NCBI GenBank assembly: GCA_034520965.1
Contig: JAXHMY010000001.1
Coordinates: forward strand, 896,001 to 960,000
DNA from: Spirochaetia bacterium
GTDB taxonomy: Bacteria > Spirochaetota > Spirochaetia > DSM-16054 > Sediminispirochaetaceae
Direction of reading: 5' to 3'
Length of the DNA stretch: 64,000 bases
The notes beneath the pieces were generated by a model. It ran no database searches, had not been told where the DNA came from, and saw only the letters and a list, made by a program, of their open reading frames with translations. Position numbers and translations under genes: made by a program. Of the stretch, positions 52,422 to 62,706 are shown one piece after another (the stretch's first letter is position 1; each line of letters begins with the position of its first letter).

Positions 52422-54228
52422 AACCGGCGATTTACACTGAAAAGACCGAGTGCCGCGACTGCTATAAATGCGTTCGTGAATGCCCGGTTAAGGCGATTCG
52501 CGTAAAAAACTCCAGTGCGATGATTGACCATGATCGCTGCATCTTCTGCGGGCGCTGCGTGCATGTCTGTCCAGCCTCCGCCAAGCGGGTACGCCGGGAC
52601 CTACCGCGGGCACAGCAGCTTCTGAAGCTGAAACAGAGAGTGTTTGTTTCTCTGGCCCCCTCCTTTCCTGTGTATTTTACCGCCTCCGCGGAGCAGCTGA
52701 TCGATGCCTTTCAGCAGTTGGGCTGTGCAGGAGTCTCGGAAACGGCCCTCGGGGCCGATACAATTACCAGCCTCCAGAATCAGCACATCGCCGAAACTTC
52801 GCCTCCCGGTGCGTCCAGTGCTTCCGGTTCTTCCAGCGTGTTGTTTTCAAGCGCCTGCCCTCCGGTGGTCGAACTTATTCGAAAATACTTCCCCGATATG
52901 ACCGAAAATCTGGTTCCCCTCCACTCTCCAATGGTCGCCCACGGGCTTCTGCTCCGGAAGTTTTACGGTGAGGATATCGGGATTGTATTCGTAGGGCCCT
53001 GCATAGCAAAAAAACACGAGGCCGACCAGTATCCCGATATAATTGATGTTGCCTTGAGCTTTGAAGAGGCCAACCAGTGGCTAAAAGCAGCAGGAATAAA
53101 TATGCCGCAACAAGCGGAAGCAGTCCCTCCGTCCGCCTTTAGCCCCGACCCTATCTTCGCTTTTGTACCCTTCCGAGCTGGGGCGGCCCAGCTGTTTCCC
53201 ATTGAAGGGGGAATGAAAACCGCCATGGAACGGAGCTCCAGTGCACCGGATGCCGTGTTTGTACAATCGGGCATTCATGCTATTCAGAACAGCCTAGAGG
53301 CATACTCCCGTTACACCGGAACTACCCGCTCTTTTTGCGAACTCCTGGCATGCTCCGGGGGCTGTATAGACGGCTGCGGTTTCAGTTCCGATCTGCCCCT
53401 GGCCGAAAGACATCAGAAGGTAGTGGCATCCGCCGAGAGTACAGCGCAGACAGCAGAGGCAAGCGAACAGATTATATGGAAAGTTCCGCGGGAGAATTAT
53501 TACCGCAGCTACAGCAGGGCGCCGGCGGATGATACCAATAAATATTCCGACCAGGAGATTCTGGAGGCCCTGCGCAGACTCGACAAATCCCATCCTGAGG
53601 ACCTTAAAAACTGCGGCGGCTGCGGCTACAACACCTGCCGCGACTTCGCTGCGGCCTGGCTGGCGGGAATGGCCGAGAAGGAGATGTGCGTAACAGAAAT
53701 GCGAAAGATGGCCCAGCGAAAGGCCAATGCCCTCATTCGCAAAATTCCACTTGGCATAGCACTTATCAATAATGAGGAAAAAATTGTCGAGTGCAACGCC
53801 CGCTTCTCTCTCTGTTCTGTGATTTTCCGGATGAACCGAGTGAAGAGCAAGTTACCCGCACCTACGGCAGCCCGGTCTCCAACTTTCTTGATGAACCCCA
53901 GCTGCTGCAAAACGTACTCACCGGCAGAGTAAGCCAGGAGCAGATTCTAAGGACCGCCGACAGGATACTCGAATCACACTGTTTCAGTATTCAACCCGGA
54001 CGCTTAGTAGGGATCACCCTGCATGATATCACCACTTCATCGGTAAAAAGAGGCATGGTAGTAAGCCAGGCCCAGGAGGTAATACGAAAGAACCTCAGCA
54101 GTGTGCAGCAGATAGCCGGCCTGCTGGGAGAAAACGCCGCAGAGACCGAGATACTACTGAACCAGCTTATCGAAACCTTTGATCCTGGAAACCTGCCCAA
54201 CGGAAAGCCCAAAGGAGCAGGAGAATGA
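52418..54228 (+). CDS. hydS: Sensory (group C) [FeFe]-hydrogenase with PAS domain, HydS/HfsB-like (frameshift near 53810)
   Basis: 2x[4Fe-4S] N-terminus; H-cluster motifs 'SSACP', 'GPCIAKKHE', 'ELLACSGGCIDG'; 'CGGCGYNTC'; PAS; 'QQIAGLLGENAAETE'. Confidence 0.85.
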
Positions 54229-55409
54229 AGGGCTTTTTAGATATCGATTGCAGCCGGATTTTTAAAAATCAGGCCGACATTAGCGGCGACGTGTTTCTTA
54301 CCAACCGACAGGATATACCTGAGCGGCTGGTCTGTACCCTTTCCGATGGCCTCGGGAGCGGGGTGAAAGCGAATGTACTGGCCAACCTTACCGCCACAAT
54401 GGCCCAGAAGTATGTGCTGAATAATATTGACCTCGAGCGCGCAGCCAGGATTATTATGGATACCCTGCCGGTGTGCAGCCGTCGAAAAATCAGTTATTCC
54501 ACCTTTTCCATACTCGATATTGATGCACTGCGTCACGGTAGGATAATTGAATACGATAATCCAAGTTATATTTACATGAGGGGCAGCCGCTTGGTTGAGC
54601 CGGAGAAGCGGGAGATTAGCCTGGGACGGGATGAGAATGCGGCCCGTCAAAGAATACTCCACTATTCCGAGGTCAAACTTGAAGTGGGCGATCGCCTGAT
54701 TGTATGTACCGACGGGGTAACCCAGAGCGGGATGGGCAGCCGGCGCCATCCCTTGGGCTGGCGCCGGGATAAACTGATCAATTTTGTTCAAAGCCAAATT
54801 GAGCAGAAACCGGAAATTTCAGCTCGAGAACTGGGGGCGGCGATAACCCGCCGGGCCCACTCCGTAGACGGTTTCAGCTCCAAGGACGACATTACCTGCA
54901 GTGTACTGTACTGCCGCCGGCCGCGGCACACCCTGGTGGTAAGCGGTCCTCCCTTTGATATGGCCAAGGATAATTACCTGCTGAACCGCATCCGTCAATT
55001 CGGCGGCAAACGGATCATTTGCGGAGGCACCACCGCTACCATTGCAGCCGAACGCCTAGGTACCAGCCCAAGGGTGGATATCTCCACCCGAGGCAGCGAA
55101 ATTCCACCGATTGCCCATATGGAGGGCTTCGATTTAGTGACGGAGGGTATGCTGACCCTCAACAAAACCGCCGCCCTGCTGCAGGAACACAGCCATCCCT
55201 TCGATTCTCCGAACAATGGTGCTGAGATGCTGCTAAACCAGCTCTTGGAGAGCGATCGGGTCACCTTTATTGTGGGTACCCGAATCAACGAGGCCCATCA
55301 AAACCCGGATATGCCCAAGGACATGGGCATTCGGCGCACCCTGGTACGCCGGATTTCCGACCTGCTGAAAACCAATTACCTGAAAGAGACTGAGATAGAG
55401 TTTATCTGA
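54225..55409 (+). CDS. SpoIIE-family Ser/Thr phosphatase (HfsC-like)
   Basis: 'SDGLGSGVKAN', 'TDGVTQSG', 'DDIT', 'CGGTT', 'LVTEG'. Confidence 0.88.
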   Translation: MKGFLDIDCSRIFKNQADISGDVFLTNRQDIPERLVCTLSDGLGSGVKANVLANLTATMAQKYVLNNIDLERAARIIMDTLPVCSRRKISYSTFSILDIDALRHGRIIEYDNPSYIYMRGSRLVEPEKREISLGRDENAARQRILHYSEVKLEVGDRLIVCTDGVTQSGMGSRRHPLGWRRDKLINFVQSQIEQKPEISARELGAAITRRAHSVDGFSSKDDITCSVLYCRRPRHTLVVSGPPFDMAKDNYLLNRIRQFGGKRIICGGTTATIAAERLGTSPRVDISTRGSEIPPIAHMEGFDLVTEGMLTLNKTAALLQEHSHPFDSPNNGAEMLLNQLLESDRVTFIVGTRINEAHQNPDMPKDMGIRRTLVRRISDLLKTNYLKETEIEFI

Positions 55410-55482
55410 TCTTTATCTGATTACCGACATCTGATCGCAGGCAAGGGCGCCACAAAAGCCATAATAGCAACACAAAAGCCAT

Positions 55483-55527
55483 AAAAAAAAAGAGCGGCTC
55501 TTCTACAAATCTGCAGACGAGCCGCTC
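55483..55527 (-). terminator. Terminator after adhA
   Basis: GAGCGGCTC…GAGCCGCTC preceded by an A9 tract. Confidence 0.65.
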
Positions 55528-55588
55528 AGCATACAAAAGGAGGTTCCGGGACATCCGGGCAGTGGATTGGTCGGTGCCCCGAAACTAT

Positions 55589-56818
55589 CTAGCTTACCGC
55601 TAATTGGTCTTTCAAGGCTGCAAGGCTTTCACTGTAGATGCCCGCCACCACCTCTTTGGTCGCATCAACCGGTGCCAGACTCAGCAACAGATCGAGGCTG
55701 GGGGTGGTCATTGCAAGCTCTGTAAGACGGTCGACATCCTGGGCAGTGTATCCCTCATCTTTCAGTTTGCTGGTAACCCCAAGGTCAAAGAGCCACTTTT
55801 CAATAGCCAGGGCGAAGGCCTCGCTCTCTTCAGGGCTGCCCTTCATACCCGGTACCATTGGTGCAAACACATCGGCCAGCACTTGGCCGGAAGCCGGATA
55901 AATAGCTTTTAATACAGAGGGCAGAATCATTGCCAAGCCAAGCCCGTGGGCCAGCTCGGGTTTCACCGCCGACAAGGGGTGTTCCAGGGCATGGGTCAAA
56001 TGCAGCATACCGTTGTCAAAGCTGATTCCCGCCAGGGCCGAGGCATACAGCAGGTAATAGCGCGCCTCCAAGTCCTGGGGATCGGCAATTGCCTGGGGCA
56101 GATACTCCACAATCAGGCGTACCGTCTCCTTGGCCAGCAGTATGGAGTAGGGAGTTGCTACGGTAGTAGTAGCGGCCTCTACAATATGGTTAATAGCATC
56201 AATTGTTACAAACAGAGTCTGGTCCGCAGGAAGCCCCTGCATTAATGCCGGGTCGTCTATTGCATACAAGGGATAGATGCAGTCGTAGGCAATGGCCGGC
56301 TTGTGACCCAATTCCGGAATGCTGACCACCGCAAAGCGGTCTACTTCGGTACCGGTTCCGTGGGTCGTGTTAATGGCTATAATCGGAACTGCTTTGGTGG
56401 GGGTAAACTCGTAGGAGTAGAGCTGCCGGCAGTTATGCTGGGTATACTCCAGTAAAATGGCGGCACTTTTGGCCGCATCAATCGGGCTGCCGCCGCCGAT
56501 ACCGAATACCGCTTTCGCGCCCATCTGTTTACCAATCTCTACCGCCTCGTCCACCTGAGCGTTGTCGGGGTTGGGGGTAATACCGTTGTAGACTTTGTAG
56601 TCAATATTGTGTTTTTGCAAGGCCGGTTCAACCACGTCCCAAGCACCGCATTTTTTATACGCGCTGCGGCTGGCTACTATAAGAATCGAATCGATCCCGT
56701 CGGATGCTAGCTCTTTACAGATAGAATCTATTTTCTGAATAGCACCTACGCCCAAAAACAGATCGGTCTTGCAGCGCAGCTCTTTTACCTCGTGAATGTT
56801 CATTGCTTTTTTCCACAT
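55589..56818 (-). CDS. adhA: Iron-containing alcohol dehydrogenase (Thermoanaerobacter AdhA-like)
   Basis: 'MW…ELRCKT..FLGVGA', 'GGGSPID', 'TTHGTGTE', 'HLTHALEHPLS', 'HGLG'. Confidence 0.88.
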   Translation of the reverse strand: MWKKAMNIHEVKELRCKTDLFLGVGAIQKIDSICKELASDGIDSILIVASRSAYKKCGAWDVVEPALQKHNIDYKVYNGITPNPDNAQVDEAVEIGKQMGAKAVFGIGGGSPIDAAKSAAILLEYTQHNCRQLYSYEFTPTKAVPIIAINTTHGTGTEVDRFAVVSIPELGHKPAIAYDCIYPLYAIDDPALMQGLPADQTLFVTIDAINHIVEAATTTVATPYSILLAKETVRLIVEYLPQAIADPQDLEARYYLLYASALAGISFDNGMLHLTHALEHPLSAVKPELAHGLGLAMILPSVLKAIYPASGQVLADVFAPMVPGMKGSPEESEAFALAIEKWLFDLGVTSKLKDEGYTAQDVDRLTELAMTTPSLDLLLSLAPVDATKEVVAGIYSESLAALKDQLAVS

Positions 56819-56894
56819 ATGCTTCCTCCTCGTGAAACCGGGGCGAAGGGAAAACCCAATGCTTTCCCCCTGCTCACCTTTTCGCTATCTTTAT

Positions 56895-56932
56895 AACGAT
56901 ATAAATATATCGATAATATAAAAACTTGTCAA
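56895..56932 (-). promoter_or_regulatory. adhA promoter with an overlapping palindromic operator
   Basis: TTGACA-17-TATATT on the minus strand; CGATATA-AA-TATATCG palindrome over the -10 box. Confidence 0.6.
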
Positions 56933-57275
56933 CCCATCCACGTTCGAAAACCAAAAATTTTTGAATTTGCCTGTTTTGACTTACCAAGACCAAACGATGC
57001 AGATTACTGCAGAAACACCAGCTCCAATACACATAAATAGCTGATATACGCTGCGCCCTCCGAGCTTAGGCTCTACCACAGCAATTCCTGGGCTCCATCA
57101 TATTTTACTACCGTTATGCAGAAACAAATGATAGAATGGTAAAATGGAAATCGACAGAACACCTTTGGGAAAAGTTCAATGCTAATGAATATCAAAGCGT
57201 TATTCTAACGATTATCGTAATCCGCGGAATTGAATGTGTGTTTATTACAAAAGAAGATATCCCGGCGGCGGTGAA

Positions 57276-58298
57276 ATGGCCAAAGATCTGACAGTTTCCG
57301 GTGTTGAACGCCAAAATATTCTAAACAATCCCTATGCCCTGGAAGAAATCCGCAGCAATGTCGGTATTCACACCATCAGTTTCAAGGGAACAGCCGTCCT
57401 TACCAAGGAGCAGGTTGCCGATTTTTTTGAAGTAAGTAGCCGGACTATCGACTACTATCTGGCTCAGAACGAGGCGGAACTGAAGCAAAACGGTTACGAG
57501 GTTTTACGCGGTAAAACATTACAAGAGTTAAAGGCTATATCCGATGCGGATGTCGACGAAATGTATTTCGTTAACATCAAAAAAGCCCCTAGTCTGGGAA
57601 TTTTTGATTTTCGCGCTTTTTTAAACTTGGGTATGCTGGTTGCAGAAAGCGAAAAAGCCCGAGTTCTCCGTCAGATGATATTGGACATTGTCATCGACAC
57701 TATTAACAAGCGAACTGGCGGCTCAACAAAATATGTGAATCAGCGGGACGAAAACTTTATAATCTCTTATTTTCAAGAAGAGAACTACCGAAAGAGTTCA
57801 CCGCCGCACTGAAGAATTATCTGGACATGGGAAAGTTCAAGTATCCCCTCTATACCGACAAAATTTATGTGAGTATTTTCAAAGAAAATTCCAGGGAATA
57901 CCGGAGAATCCTTAGGCTCCATGAAAAAGACAAGGTGCGCAACACCTTCTACTCCGAGATTCTCGATCTGGTGGCTTCCTGACGAGTACGGCTTTGCCAA
58001 GACACTGGAAGAAACCTATAAAAAGAAAGGGGCCAAGCTTACCGCTTTTGAAGCGGACGCCCTTTTCGCCGAATTCGAAAAACAGCCCCACTGGAAGCCC
58101 CTGGTTGAACGGGCGAGAAACAAAATGGCCAGCCGGGATCTGGCATTTCGGGATGCCCTACACATGCAGCTAAAGGAGTATATTTCTCCGATAGAAGCAG
58201 ATGAGTTTGAACGATTTATCGGCCAAAAAAGCAAGGAGCTGGCGGAACGATTGGAGGAGGCTAAGGATGTGTTCAAACGGCTGAAGGAGCGGGATTGA
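57276..58298 (+). CDS. ~340-aa putative DNA-binding protein (frameshifts near 57795 and 57980), partner of Doc
   Basis: HTH-like 'LTKEQVADFFEVSSRTIDYY'; a bridging frame (EFTAALKNYL…EILDLVAS) joins ORFs 57234..57812 and 57921..58298. Confidence 0.75.
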
Positions 58299-58735
58299 AG
58301 CATACCGTTTATATTCCCATCGAAAATGCCCTCGAAGTCTACCACAAGACCATAGAGGTAAGTGGCGGAGGATCAGACAGAATACTGGATATAGGCAGAC
58401 TGGAAAGCATTTTGGCCCATATTCAGAATGACACCTACTATCCGGAGTTTGTAGACAAACTGACCCACCTGTTTTTCTGTTCCAACAAGTTTCATTGCTT
58501 TGAAGACGGAAATAAGCGTATTGCTATTTCTCTAGGTGCACAGTTTCTGATTTTAAATGGCTATGTTTTTGTAGTCTCCCGTTTTATTCGCGAAATGGAA
58601 AATATCAGTTATCATCTGGCCGCAGGAAAAATTGATAAGGATCTCTTGAGAGAGATCATTCAGGCAGTAATTTACGATAATATGGATGATGAGAAAATTA
58701 AATTGAAAATACTAGAAGCAATCAGGAGAGACTAA
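58295..58735 (+). CDS. doc: Death-on-curing (Doc/Fic) family toxin
   Basis: 'HCFEDGNKR' Doc motif; start overlaps the upstream stop codon. Confidence 0.88.
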   Translation: MKHTVYIPIENALEVYHKTIEVSGGGSDRILDIGRLESILAHIQNDTYYPEFVDKLTHLFFCSNKFHCFEDGNKRIAISLGAQFLILNGYVFVVSRFIREMENISYHLAAGKIDKDLLREIIQAVIYDNMDDEKIKLKILEAIRRD

Positions 58736-58790
58736 TGAAACTACTATAATTGACCAAGGTCTGTTCAAAAGCTGATATTGTGTTTAGGTG

Positions 58791-58827
58791 AGGCTCTTTC
58801 AAAAATCTCTGATTTTTGAAAGAGCCT
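58791..58827. repeat. 17-bp perfect inverted repeat between convergent genes
   Basis: AGGCTCTTTCAAAAATC-TCT-GATTTTTGAAAGAGCCT. Confidence 0.75.
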
Positions 58828-59048
58828 TAGTTATGTATAGGTTTTTTACCCCTGCGGCTCTCAATTAAAGACAACCCGCCTAAGGCCGCACAGGAGAAGA
58901 GGGAAAGCCCCGCCATGAGCAGCCAAACCCAGACCACCGAATACAGTTTGATAAACTTACCCATCACCGGTGGGCCAATCGCGAAGCCGGTGCCGATAAT
59001 AATGGGCAGAATCGAGTTAAAGCGGCCCCGATGGCTTATGGGGGTGTG
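58827..59048 (-). pseudogene. 3' remnant of an MFS transporter gene
   Basis: HTPISHRGRFNSILPIIIGTGFAIGPPVMG…two TM helices…*, with no room for a start before the kinase stop. Confidence 0.65.
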
Positions 59049-59075
59049 CCCGGCAGGCCTTGCCCAGCCAGGGCC

Positions 59076-61953
59076 TTACTCTATTTCCCTCTTTATAAGC
59101 TCTACCATCCGGGACAGGTCGTCCATCAAGAGCCCGGCGGAAGAAGCGGCGGCTTCCGGCTCGCCTGCATCCACCCGCTTTTCAACATCCACGGCGTGTT
59201 CCGCCGCAGTCTCCATTCCCAGGGTGTTTAGAATTCCCTTGCCCGAGTGAGCTGCCTTCTTCAGACTTTCCAAATCATACGCATCCAGGGCCGACTGCAT
59301 AGCACTCCGCAACTCCGGCCCGCGCTCTAGAAGCATATCAAACATCTGACCTATAATCTCATCATCATGTCCCTGCTGATACAGATATTCCCGAGCCTCT
59401 TTCAGCGAGGGGACCCGCTTGCTTTCCACTGCCGAGGGACCCTCAAACTGCCCCGCCTCCAACCCGGCAGCCCTTGCTCCGTCAGCTCCGCGCGCCCCCT
59501 CGGCCTCAGCCTCGGGCTTTTCCTTTTTTTCATAAACCCAATACTGAACTTTATCACGGAGCACATTTATCTGAATCGGTTTGGCAAGGTAATCATCCAT
59601 GCCCGCCTGCAAGCACATCTCACGGTCGCCTTCTAATGCGCCGGCGGTTAATGCAATAATCGGGGTGTGCCCCCCGTGCTCGGCTTCATACGCACGGATA
59701 TCGGCGGTAGCACTGTAGCCGTCTTTTCCCGGCATTTGCACATCCATTAATATGAGGTCTGGAAAGTTCTGTGTAAACAGCTCAACCGCCTCACTTCCGT
59801 CTGCAGCCTCAATTATAGTCACCTCGGTAAACATTTTTGCCAACAAGCCCTTGGCCAGCAGCATATTCGGCGAGTTGTCTTCGGCCACCAGTACGGTAAT
59901 TTTTTCAGCAGTTTTGTCAGCTTCGGAAGCTGGAACCGGATACTTCTGGCCGCTGCCCTGCACGTTGCCCGGCCCGCTGCCCGGCCCCACACTCTTCTCA
60001 TGGCCCTTGTCATGGTCCCGGTTCTGGACGCGCTCCAACACCTCCTGCAGCTGGGTCATCTTAATCGGTTTTGCCAGTCTGTAGTCAATGTGAAGCTCTT
60101 TACAGCGCTCCAAGACCCGCGGGTCATCGGCGGAGCTGTACAGAAAAATTATCGGCAGCTCTTCATGCGACAAGTTTAGATCATCACGGATTTTGGCAGC
60201 CACATCCAAACCGTCCATAAAGGGCATATGGTAATCGAGCACCGCCACATCAACCACGGCGCTGGATTTTAGATATTCAAGGGCCTCCAACCCGTTGCCT
60301 ACCGCATGGCTTTCAATTCCCCAATAATGACACATTGCATCGAGTATAGTTCGGTTGTGCCGGTTATCATCTATAATCAGGGCCGTCTTTAAAAGCAGGG
60401 GCGTGTGCTCTGTGGGCGGCTTTACCTCCTCCACAGTAAAAGCGAGGCTAAAGAAAAAGCTACTGCCCTCATTTGGAGTACTGTCAACGTGCAGATGTCC
60501 GCCCATCTGCTCTACTAAACTTTTAGATATAGATAAACCGAGGCCGGTACCTCCGTATTTGCGGGTTGTTGAATGGTCCGCCTGGGTAAAGGAGTCAAAT
60601 ATTTTTTCTCTCTGCTCCTCACTCATACCAATTCCGGTATCCCGTACCGTAAACAGCACTGTGCCCGGATTATCCGCCGATACACACCGGGCCCGCAATT
60701 CTACCTCACCCTCTTCGGTAAATTTTACCGCATTGGTCAACAAATTTGTTAATATCTGATTCAGTCTCACCGAATCAGCGGATACTAAATGGGGAAGCTC
60801 CGTGTCCAGGTCCAGGATAAGCTCGAGCCCCTTTTCGTGCGCTATAAAAGTAACAATATCCATTGCTTTTTCCAGGTGGTCCCGCAGATTCAGGGTTGTT
60901 AACTCCAGCTCCAGCCGCCCGGCCTCTATCTTTGAGAAATCCAAAATGTCGTTGATTAGCACCAACAGCGTATCGGCGGAGGAATGAACATTCTCTAAAT
61001 ACTGCCGTTGAATCGGCGTAAGACTACCGGTCAGCAGTAAATCGGTAAAACCAACCACCGCATTCATGGGAGTACGGATTTCATGGCTCATATTCAGCCA
61101 GAAAATCGCTCTTTGCCTGGCTGGCCATTTCCGCCTGGGCGGCCATCTCCCTGGCAATAACTGTTTGTTCTTCCAGATGCCAGTTGGCTTCCGCCACAGC
61201 TTCGGCGGCCTGCTTTTGCTCGGTAATATCACGTATTACTTCGATCACGCCGGTCACCTCACCGCTCTCTTTATCAAACATCGGATAGCCGTACGACTCG
61301 ACCCATTCAATCCCCTGGGCAGGGCCCCAATCTACTATACTGCTCGCCGGTTGTTTACTCTCCATAACACGTTCCACCGGGCAGTCCTTACACATGCTGG
61401 TTTTGTTTCGAAACACCTGGTAACACTTCTTACCAATCAGGGAGTCCGCCGGTCCGTACCACTCCTCCATTCTACGGTTCACATGGCGGATAGTCAGGTC
61501 GGTCTCGAGCACGATAATCCCGTCGCGAATACTCTGAAGTACCGTTTCCAGGAAGTCACTGGTTTTACGAAAATCCTCCTGAAGCTGCTTGGTGGCGGTA
61601 ATATCCGAAAAAATAGTTACAAAGTATCCTTTCTGCGGAGAGTAGGCATCTACTTTATAGTATCTCTCCTGGGGTGCCGAGTATTGCTCGAAAGTGCGGG
61701 ATTCACCGTTCTGGGCAACCTCCCCATAGTACTTTACCCAATCAAACTCACCCTCCCGCAGCGGCGGCAGTACCTGGCTCACAGACTTGTTTAAAATATC
61801 CCTTCGCGAAAGCCCGGTCAGCCTTTCAAACTCCGAGTTAACTTCTAAAAATATGTAATCCACCGGGCTGCCGTCTGCATCCGTTACTATTTGGTGATAC
61901 GCGTATCCAAAGGGCGACCGTTCAAGCAATTTTTTATAAAAATCGGTATTCAT
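59076..61953 (-). CDS. Hybrid sensor histidine kinase (PAS-PAS-HisKA-HATPase-REC-REC-Hpt; frameshift near 61095)
   Basis: 'KSDFLA/NMSHEIRTPMN', 'DTGIG', 'GGTGLGL', two receiver domains, 'AHSGKG'. Confidence 0.9.
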
Positions 61954-62202
61954 TTATAACCTCAAAATAGTATCTAAAAACTACATTTTTACTTTTAGTG
62001 TTATTGCCTAATGAACGCAAGAAAACCGCTGAATAAATTAAAATCTCAGCAATATCATGGGTTCTTTGGACTCTTTAGGTAAATTGTAACGTCTACGGCA
62101 GGTCCCAGGCGGGAGTGTGCGGAACTACCGGTGAAACCGCCGGGGACAGCATCTGCCCTTGCCGGCGGTCACTGCGTTTCTCCAATGTCGGTGGGCCTAA
62201 GC

Positions 62203-62655
62203 CTAGCGCTCGTAGGTACCCATCAGCTGAGCCTCGCCCAGCACGTGCCCGTCAATAGTATTCAACAGTTTCTGCTTATCCAGCCCGGGTGATACATCCA
62301 GTTGAATATCCAGGGCATACAGGGTAAAAAAGTAGCGGTGTGTTCCCCCTGGAGGGCAGGGCCCGCCGTAGCCCACTTTGCCGAAACTGTTTTTGCCCTG
62401 CATTCCGCCGGGACTCGGCTGGGGATCCGTGGAAACCCCTTCAGGTAAGCTCTCAGCTTTGGCCGGGATATTGTAGTACAGCCAATGGTCAAAGGTGCCC
62501 CCCGGGGCATCCGGGTCATCGCAGATCAGTACAAAAGTCTCGGTCGCCCCGGGTGTGCCGCTCCAGCTTAAGGGCGGAGACACATCACTCCCGTCGCAGG
62601 AATATTTCCGTGGAATGGGTCGGTTGTGTTCGAAAGCCTTGCTTATCAATTGCAT
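62203..62655 (-). CDS. YbhB/YbcL family (PEBP) protein
   Basis: 'DPDAP', 'HW', 'YGGPCPP', 'HRYFF'. Confidence 0.92.
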   Translation of the reverse strand: MQLISKAFEHNRPIPRKYSCDGSDVSPPLSWSGTPGATETFVLICDDPDAPGGTFDHWLYYNIPAKAESLPEGVSTDPQPSPGGMQGKNSFGKVGYGGPCPPGGTHRYFFTLYALDIQLDVSPGLDKQKLLNTIDGHVLGEAQLMGTYER

Positions 62656-62706
62656 AGTCGTAACCTCCTGTGCATAAGAAAAGAATATGTAATGTGAACA
62701 GGACTC

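Noticed and set aside
58915..59250. 111-aa plus-strand ORF
   Set aside because: Antisense to the kinase end and the MFS remnant
62090..62200. GC-rich hairpin region (CCGCCGG…CCGGCGG) as a riboswitch or ncRNA
   Set aside because: No recognisable family motif; may be just a terminator-like stem after ybhB
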